The notes under the pieces: generated by a model
Told to the model about the DNA's origin: nothing
Databases searched by the model: none
Seen by the model: the letters and a program-made list of their open reading frames with translations, nothing else
From: the human T2T-CHM13v2.0 reference genome, Homo sapiens
Reading direction: 5' to 3' (one strand)
Length of the DNA stretch: 64,000 bases
Assembly (NCBI RefSeq): GCF_009914755.1
Contig: NC_060928.1
Part shown: positions 55,622 through 64,000 of the stretch, in pieces
Position numbering within the stretch: the stretch's first letter is position 1
How the letters are laid out: each line of letters starts with the position of its first letter
Position numbers and translations under genes: made by a program

Positions 55622-57097
55622 CAAGGGTTCACAGGATATTACTATCTAATTTCTGGTGAGTTGAGGACACTATTTTTCAATCTGTGTGAGGGATCTTTAC
55701 ATGAACTCAAGTTTAGTTGATGTTCACCATATACGTGAATTTAAGTGTCTGTAGCCTACAGTCTTTCAAACAGAAGCACTACTATGTCACTTCAAGTGTG
55801 ACAGACATTAGGGACATGACAATGCTGTGTCCTGAGACAAGACAGAAAAGCTATCCTTTAAAGTTACAGGATACAGTATAACATGACTAAGGATTTCTAT
55901 GAAGATGGAGAAGTGAGCACTTCTGGAAAAACCTGGAGTCACTAGTGAGATTGAGGGATGGCAGGCAAGGGGAGAATATCTGGAATTCCTTAAAAGAAAC
56001 CCTTGAGTCATCAAGAAAGGACAATTAGCCAACAACAGTAGAGAAATATCTTAGCAGATGGGGCAGCAGAAATATACACATAGGCAGAAAGTGATGAGTA
56101 GCCCATGAGTAATAGATCATTAACATCAAGTCTCTACCTGCAAGAGTTTAACAAACAAAAAATTGGTAAAAAAAATTATCAACAAAGTAGTATATGTATG
56201 AATATGATATAAGATGTTCATGATTGTCTATCTCTATAACAATTTTTATTTGCTACTAAAGAATGTGGCCTTTGTAAACTTAAAATAAAAATTCATATTT
56301 TGTGTCCAAATAGCTGAAAATAATATTTAATAACAAAAAGTAATTTTTAACTAGACCATTTAATTATTATCTTTACTCAACTGCTTATTTTACCATTAAA
56401 AAGAATAGTAAAAATCAAGACAATCTCCAGAATTTTGAGAAAGCAGGCTTTTTCTGGAAAAAAAATTGTAAAGTCCTGTTTCTCAGTGCTGTAAGAGTAC
56501 CTATTACACTACATCGTCATAACACAGAACACATACTTTAAAACTTCACTGCCATTTTAGTAGATGGAAATATTACCACTGTGTTGCTTTAATATTATCT
56601 CTTTGATGATCATAAATGGAAGCTTTTTCATATGGTATTAGCCATATGACTTTCCTCCATGTTTGATATCTCTATTGATATCCTCCACCAGTGATTCACT
56701 TGGAGTCTTAATGGTTTTTTATTCCATTTGTGAGATGTTGTTTACACCCCTGTTTTGGAAAGGGGTGTACAGTTTGAATGAACACTTCCTGTTTTGAGTT
56801 TATTAATCATTCCCCCAAATTTATGCTAGTTTATTTGACTTTTAATTTTATTGTTTTGCAAACTACCCAAAGTTCATTTTAACTGCGTAGTAGATATGGA
56901 GAGACAGTAGAGCATGATGGTTAAGAAAGTGTATTCTACATGGGACAGTAAAATCCTCTCCACCCTTTACCTTTGACCCAGGCCCTCTACTCCTTCTAAT
57001 GAGGGTCAAGAACACAGCTAGAAAATCAGGGAGAAGGCAAACTATTCCCCAAGCCACTACAAATACCATTTCTGACACCTTATTTCAGCTGCACAAT

Positions 57098-57455
57098 TGT
57101 ATTAGTCTGTTTTCAAGTTGCTGATAAAAACATACTAGAGACTGGGTAATTTATAAAGAAAAAGAGGTTTAATGGACTCAGTTCCACATGTCTGGGGAGG
57201 CCTCAGAATCATGGCAGAAGTTGAAAGGCACACCTGGCATGGTGGCAGGCAAAAAGGGAGTGAGAACCAAGGGAAAGGGGCTTCCCCTTATAAAACCAAC
57301 AGATCTCGTGAGAATTATTCACTACCATGAGAACAGTATGGGGGAAACCACCACCATGATTCAATTATCTCCCATCAGGTCCCTCCCACAACACGTAGGA
57401 ATTATAGGAACTAAAATTCAAGATGAGATTTGGGTGGGGACACAGGCAAACCATA
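57098..57455 (-). mobile_element. THE1 solo LTR (MaLR)
   Basis: TGTATTAGTCTG...GAGATTTGGGTGGGGACACAGGCAAACCATA; last few bases and TSD not recognisable. Explains ORF 57188..57655. Confidence 0.93.
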
Positions 57456-57584
57456 GAAAAGATTTTGCCCGAGAACTAGATGTGAATAGAAATTTTAATT
57501 CACAATCATGTTTGAAGCGTGATTATTACACAGCATTGAACTGCATTATTACTGAACTAAAACTGTGTTTGCAATGCACAGGTC

Positions 57585-58400
57585 ACCATACCATGGGATA
57601 CTACTCAGCACTGAAAATCGATGAGCATGCAGTAGTAGGGATGATTCTCACGTGAAAGAACTGTGGAGTCCTATTTAGGGAAGAGGAGTCAGGCTGGAGG
57701 GACCAAGAGAAAGCAAAAAGAGAAAGCAGATAACTTAGAAGTCTGCCTTTCTTCCTGGTCCAGGACACATAGCCCTCCTGTGCAAATAACTCACAATCTT
57801 TCTGTGCTCAGCCATCACCAGACCCTTCACTGACAGAAAATGACAAGTTAGCTTACTACAACCCTGGTGTTATCAGTACTATGCAAAGCCCTCTTCAGCA
57901 CACAGCAAAAGCACCATCCTATAAAACCTCACAGCAAACCTTTGTCTCTTGGCAGTTAGATCCTCTCTCGCCAACTTCCCCATCGCTCCCTTGCAACATA
58001 TTTTCCTATGTTCTCTAATAATATGCCTTTCTTTAGTTGCAACTATCTTGGTAAATTCTACTTACTCCCAAACCACTGACCCCAGGTAGTTGCTGATGGC
58101 CTGCAGCCGAAGCTAGATTCCAAAAGCTACACACTGTATGAATATAGCTACAGAAGATATCTCGGCAAAGACCAAATTATGGAGCTGAGAAACCAAACAG
58201 TGATTATCAGGAGCTGGGAATGGAGACAGAGGTGGCTTGCAAAGATGTAAGATGAAAATTTGGGGTGGTGATGAAACTGTTCTATATTTTGGTCTTGGTA
58301 GTGGTTACATGACTATACACATTTTTTAAGATTAACAGAATTGTATACTACAAAGCATGAATTTCACCACCAGTAAATTATACCTCAATAAAAAAAAAGA
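57585..58400 (+). mobile_element. Old L1M 3' end split by an LTR insertion
   Basis: atgggatactactcagc before the LTR; gtgatgaaactgttctatatt...gtaaattatacctcaataaaaaa after it. Confidence 0.75.
57662..58107 (+). mobile_element. ERV solo LTR (LTR47A-like)
   Basis: Starts TGTGGAGTCCTATTTAGGGAAGAGGAGTCAGGCTGG; internal CCTATAAAA TATA box; cttggtaaattc U5 motif. Family name from memory. Confidence 0.75.
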
Positions 58401-58444
58401 AAAAGAAGTTTGGTAGAGTTACACGGGATAAAAATTGATATGAC

Positions 58445-58755
58445 CAGTGAGGAAAAGAAAAAATAACAGTCTCTGACATTCAGAAGCTGGCTTGGCCCCA
58501 AAAGCCATTCTTCTATTAAACACAAAAAATGTCACAGAATAATATCTTCAGACATGGCTGCTCTAAGACTCTAAAATAAGATAAAGTAAAGCTACTGCAT
58601 AATTTTAAGAACAAGATCACTGTGCCACCCACAATACTAACCATTCCTCTCTACCAGCTCATTTAAGTGACTGCTACTACTTTACCAATTATGTTTAGCC
58701 TCACTCTATTCTGCCTTCCTATAGATAAGGTTTATAATTGAGATAACCAATCAAA
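58445..58755 (+). mobile_element. ERV1-class LTR fragment (MER31/MER67-like)
   Basis: agtgactgct...ctttaccaatta...ttagcctcactcta...agataag...ccaatca; subfamily uncertain. Confidence 0.55.
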
Positions 58756-58761
58756 AGCTTT

Positions 58762-58946
58762 GAGAGTCACAGACAACCACCCCTAGACACTGCCATGGGG
58801 CCGTAGCCCAAAAGTGCTCCCCATGGCCTCTGCACCTGCCTGTCTGCATGCTTCCACTAGGGGTTTGAGCAGCAAGGCGACTGAAGGAGTGAGCCACACC
58901 CCTGTCACATGTCCTGTGTTGCGGATGAGGAAACTTTCCTGTTTCA
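58762..58946 (+). mobile_element. ERV1 LTR 3' end (MER52/LTR27/LTR28-like)
   Basis: gagccacacccctgtcacatgtcctg...aactttcctgtttca terminus. Confidence 0.7.
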
Positions 58947-59532
58947 ATAGTAAGCAGCTATGTTGTGGTAAAATACCATTTCACAATTCTACCTAAAGCT
59001 GAGATGAACAATAATAGAAAAGAATATTCAAAAGCAATTAAACAGCCTTAAGGCAAGCTCTATTTAGGTGTGAAATAGAAACAAAACATTTAGCAACTGG
59101 CCACAATATTCTTTTAACCTCTTGCAAGTTTTAGGTCTTTTATTATTTAAGTTAACTGGATAGTGGAAGAAAAAATTATTTTTCCTCTCCCTTCTAGCTT
59201 CTCCCACTGGAGCCCTGCAAATCATATTAACATAGCACAGATTAGCAAGAGAGAAGCACATAATTTTATTAGCGTGCCCATCCCCAAAACACATGGAAGA
59301 AACTTAGTAGTCAGTAACTCAAAGGGTAGTTATTGGTGTCTCCAAACCTAACTTAGTAGGGGAAAGGGAAAGGGAGAAACGGTACTTGTGAAAAAGCAGC
59401 TGAATTTCTGGAAAGATAAATGGGCTCTTAGAATAGACAGAAGATATGAGAGTGCATGAAAATGTCTATGTGGGCATGGTGATGACTTCTCTTCTTCTAA
59501 AAAAGAAATGAGAGTTGTTCCTAGGAAAAGGT

Positions 59533-59653
59533 AGGCTGAGGCAGGAGAACACTTGAACCCTGGAGGCGGAGGTTGCAGCGAGCCGAGATCACACCACTGC
59601 ACTCCAGCCTGGTGTCAGAGCGAGACTCTGTCTCAAAAAACAGCAACAACAAC
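59533..59653 (+). mobile_element. 5'-truncated Alu (right-arm 3' part)
   Basis: AGGCTGAGGCAGGAGAA...GAGACTCTGTCTCAAAAAA with a CAA-type tail. Confidence 0.9.
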
Positions 59654-60604
59654 CAATCCCAATTTCTTGGTGGAAGTTACCAGATGTATTATATAGTCAG
59701 GGAAACTTGTAAGTCACAAAAGATTAAACAAATTTAACATAAGCAAAATTATTTTGAAAGATCAAATTAAGAGTTATGATTACCAAAAATTTTAATGTTG
59801 ATCTGAAAATACTGTAAACCCTTAGTCTAGTTAACACTAAACACTCCTGCATGATGGGCTGCTGCTGACATTGCCACAGCCTGCTTTCTCCTCAGTGTTT
59901 GTGAAGTTACACATGGCAGCACAGAAGCTTTCTGTGAGGACCTTGAATTTTGTCCTGGGAGCATTTCAGCATGTGGCATTGGCATCTCCTTTGTCCCTTT
60001 CCAATCCTCATCCCCAATCCCTCCTCCCATGATGAATAAGATGCCACCCAGCCAGAACTACTGCAGAGAATTATAGCAGCAACTCTTCCTCCAGGCACTG
60101 CAGGGCCTGTAAAACTTTCATGAACTCATGAAAGTTTTATTGCTTTCTCTCTTTTTGACCAATGCGAGAAATAACCACTACCACACATTTTTTAAAATTA
60201 AAAATGTAAAAAAAAAAGCAGAACAAAACAATAGAAATGTCCACAAATACAAAGCATTCCCCAGTTCCTTAGCTTGTTATACTAGCAAAACAGAAATTCT
60301 TTATTCTCCGTGTGAATGGTAACTGATAAAACACACATACCCCTAAGAAAACAAATGATTAGCACACTGCTGTGTGTACTGTCAGCTCGTAACAAATAAA
60401 AAGCAATGATTCTACCCATTTTCTTGGCTACGTGTCTTGAGAAGCAAGGGAAGGGATATTTAATGATTGTTTTTTAGTGTTCTTTTTGAAATCTCCATTA
60501 CAAATGTTTTGTGTTAAAAAAAAATGATCATGCTGTTCAGAAGTTCAAATTCAACACTTAGGAATACACTATCCGTAATTTCGGAAAGAACACCTTAATG
60601 CATA

Positions 60605-60790
60605 CCATATACATTTACCCCTTCTCCATACATATAGTATAATATATATGGCATATATAATATATACTATTATATATTATATTATGAATACATATTATAT
60701 ATAGCATACATTTATAGTAAATAAATATATAGTAAATATATATTTACTATATATAATGTATATATTTAATAATGTAATAATATAACATAA
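60605..60790. repeat. AT-rich low-complexity tract containing a perfect 30-bp palindrome (60725-60754)
   Basis: ATATATAGTAAATAT|ATATTTACTATATAT. Confidence 0.9.
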
Positions 60791-61663
60791 AAATCTTTGT
60801 ATGTCTTCTTTTAATTCAATTCAATCTCCCTTAATTTCTTTATATTCATTCAAAATCAATTTTTCTTGAATTGTTAAGTGCATCCCTTAACCCAGAATTT
60901 TTTAAAAATCTTATTAAAAATATAACTATTCAAAACAGGAGATGGTACTCTGTTGTTCCTAGTTCTAGAGTTTAAAGGTGACCCCATTCTGACTGATAGC
61001 TGTTGAGATATTTCCTGTCTAACCTCAGTTGTCCTTCACACAGTGTTCAATCTGTGTGGCATGTTTGGAAAAAGCAGACTCGCAGCACAATGCTAAAACT
61101 TCTGCCTCAGAACCATTGAGCTCCAAGGCATTTGTTTGCCTTAAGGGTGGACATAGCTCAACACAGCTCAACTGATTTCCCATGTTCTTAATAGGTGTAA
61201 GGTGGATATCATTATATGAGAAATAATGTAAGACATGCTTCTAATAGGACCCTGAAGGTGAGTTAAAGTGACAGGGCACCCATTACTGCCTTTAATAGGA
61301 CATTAAAGCCTGGACACCCTGAACACCATTTTATCAGGGAACAGGCAACAAATTCATCTAGAATTCTCAAATCTGCCACATCCTGAAATGTAGTTCCATG
61401 AGAGTGCAACTTTACACCCAATCGGTCTCATTGTATTTCCTTTTATGATCATAGGAATACATTTGATATTTCTAAATCATACCATGCTAAAAATGAGATT
61501 TCCATACTAAAAATGGTAAAAGAAATGAATCATCAGGTAGACAAGTAGGAAAAAAAGAAAAGAAATTAAGTCTTGCTATTCTGTTTTCATTACCCTGCTT
61601 GGAGTCCCAATTTGGATACTAAACGAATCCTATCAAGTAAATATATATATTTACTCTTGGTGT

Positions 61664-61877
<214 letters not shown>

Positions 61878-62447
61878 TTAATGCCCTGATGTTTATAGAT
61901 ACAGTATCAAATAAGAGAAATAAGTCTGTGTATTGCCTTCTGACAATTCATATTTATAATTCATCTATCAATAGAAATTGATTATAGGATCATAAAACCC
62001 TGAAAAATGCAATATTATACTTATGTACAACAGTAAACATAATATGTGCTTCTGTCATGGGTTTTAATATTTCAGGCGCAGTTAGGCACAGTGAAATGTT
62101 TAGGAATAACTGTTCTTAGACGTTTTACTGTGCCTCATAAACCATGTCAACTGAGCCATGGTTGAAGACTGAATGGAATATTTCAATTAATTATTGACAG
62201 ATTGTTACAGTGACTCAAGAGAACCAGTCAAGCAACAATGACAATATATTTTCTCCTCTTAACTACCCCAACACCTAAAATATTCATTTTTAGGAAAATA
62301 TACATACTAACTTAACAGCATAACTGAAAATATTTTATATTAAAGCTTATTTTCCCATTAGAGTTACTTTGATTTTTGAACTAATTGCGGAAAATTGCAA
62401 GGACAAGGTTAACTTAGATGATTTTTTTGACACCATTATATGTAATC

Positions 62448-62538
62448 TTTTTTAAATTTAACTTTAAGTTCTGGGATACACGTGCAGAATGTGCAGGTTT
62501 GTTACACAGGTATACATGTGCCATGTTGGTTTGCTGCC
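62448..62538 (-). mobile_element. Short L1PA 3'-terminal fragment
   Basis: actttaagttctgggatacacgtgcagaatgtgcaggtttgttaca...ggtttgctgc is the reverse complement of the L1PA end. Confidence 0.9.
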
Positions 62539-63285
62539 TCTAACTTTGAGGATTTTTACATAAAATCACATAGCTAAAATCTAGGCATAAAGACATGTAA
62601 ATGCCTTCATTTTCATTTTCCTGAGCACCAACTTTAACTCTTTCTCAAATCAACTGTGGCATCTGTCAAGTACGTCTCATAGTAAGGAAGAATGAATTTT
62701 GGCACACTGTCGACATTAACAAAAATGGCAGTGGGAAAAATAGCTGTATTTTTGTATTTCCAAATGACCACTTAAAATAATCTCAAGTCTTTATTACATA
62801 AATTTTCTGATTCTCCTAGTCTTTTTGGCTTCATCTTTCTGTGTTAGGCCTTGTCAGTATCATCAGTTTACCTTTGGATAAGAGCTGTTCATCTGGGATG
62901 GTGTCTGGGCTGGCACACACCACACACAGAGCAAACACAGCTGCAGCGGCTCTCCCAGGCAGCATGCACCAACACTAACAGCACAGAGAAGTCCGCCACG
63001 GCGTTGTCTCCACGTGTGTCATCACACACACTGTCTTCAGTCATAAACTCAACAGAGCTCATCTGTTCTCCAAAAGGTTGTTGGAACTACATTGTTCTTG
63101 CATGATCTAGCAGCATTTGAGTTTCTAGTACTTTAGCAAAATTATAAAAACATAAATGAACAGTCAGAGTCTTTTTGAAGGCTTGGAAGAAAAAGAATCT
63201 ATTAGAGATGAAACCATGCTCACATAGATAAAATAATATTAAGGAAGTGTCTAGTATGAAATTCTGCTATTAAAAAATGGTGTTG

Positions 63286-63623
<338 letters not shown>

Positions 63624-64000
63624 AAAAAAGGTGTTAGGAGTAGCTTAAGGTAGAAAATAAATAAATAGTATTAGATGCATTTTCTGAGACAAATGTAATT
63701 CAATTAGAATTGTCCACTATTTACATTCAAAGTCAATTAATAATCCTATTCAATAAGCTGGCCGTGGCCTTTGCCTTATACTACAAAAATGTCATTAAGA
63801 ATCAAATATAATCGACCCAAATTGTGTTAGTTCACCGCAAGTTTTTACACCTTGGATTTTGCATGCATGCTACAATGATAATAGCATCACTGTAGGCTAA
63901 AGCACTTCTGAATAAAATTGTTTTTATTAAAGTTTCAAAATTTTAAAATATTAAACTGTATGAAACAATATGACTTATTAATGGGCCAGTGATTTTACAG

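Noticed and set aside
55263-57455. Full-length THE1 provirus
   Set aside because: The left LTR has its own 5-bp TSD and the spacer does not resemble THE1 internal sequence.

Overview
AT-rich primate genomic DNA, most likely human or another hominoid: it carries AluY/S/J, L1PA/L1PB/L1M, THE1 and a HERV-W LTR17. I can support no protein-coding gene, RNA gene, CRISPR array or prokaryotic feature, and I cannot place the locus. It reads as intergenic or deep-intronic sequence with abundant transposon relics. Almost all supplied ORFs are chance, Alu-, L1- or repeat-derived. The main points of interest are: (i) a 1.1-kb, indel-free 27-bp minisatellite (25401-26523) whose unit contains the MTF-1 metal-response core TGCACTC and often TATAAAA, with ATG-initiated ORFs of about 400 codons on both strands; (ii) a perfect 22-bp-stem hairpin at 26968-27035; (iii) a CpG-retaining segment at about 7.4-8.2 kb with a candidate terminal exon ending in an LTR-derived AATAAA, followed by a 36-bp repeat; (iv) a solo HERV-W LTR with a 4-bp TSD; (v) a TSD-flanked old L1 that keeps both ends but lacks most of ORF2; (vi) a candidate 9-nt microexon. 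Repeat subfamily calls come from recalled consensus sequences, not from a search. No new biological system is demonstrated; the functional ideas below are hypotheses.
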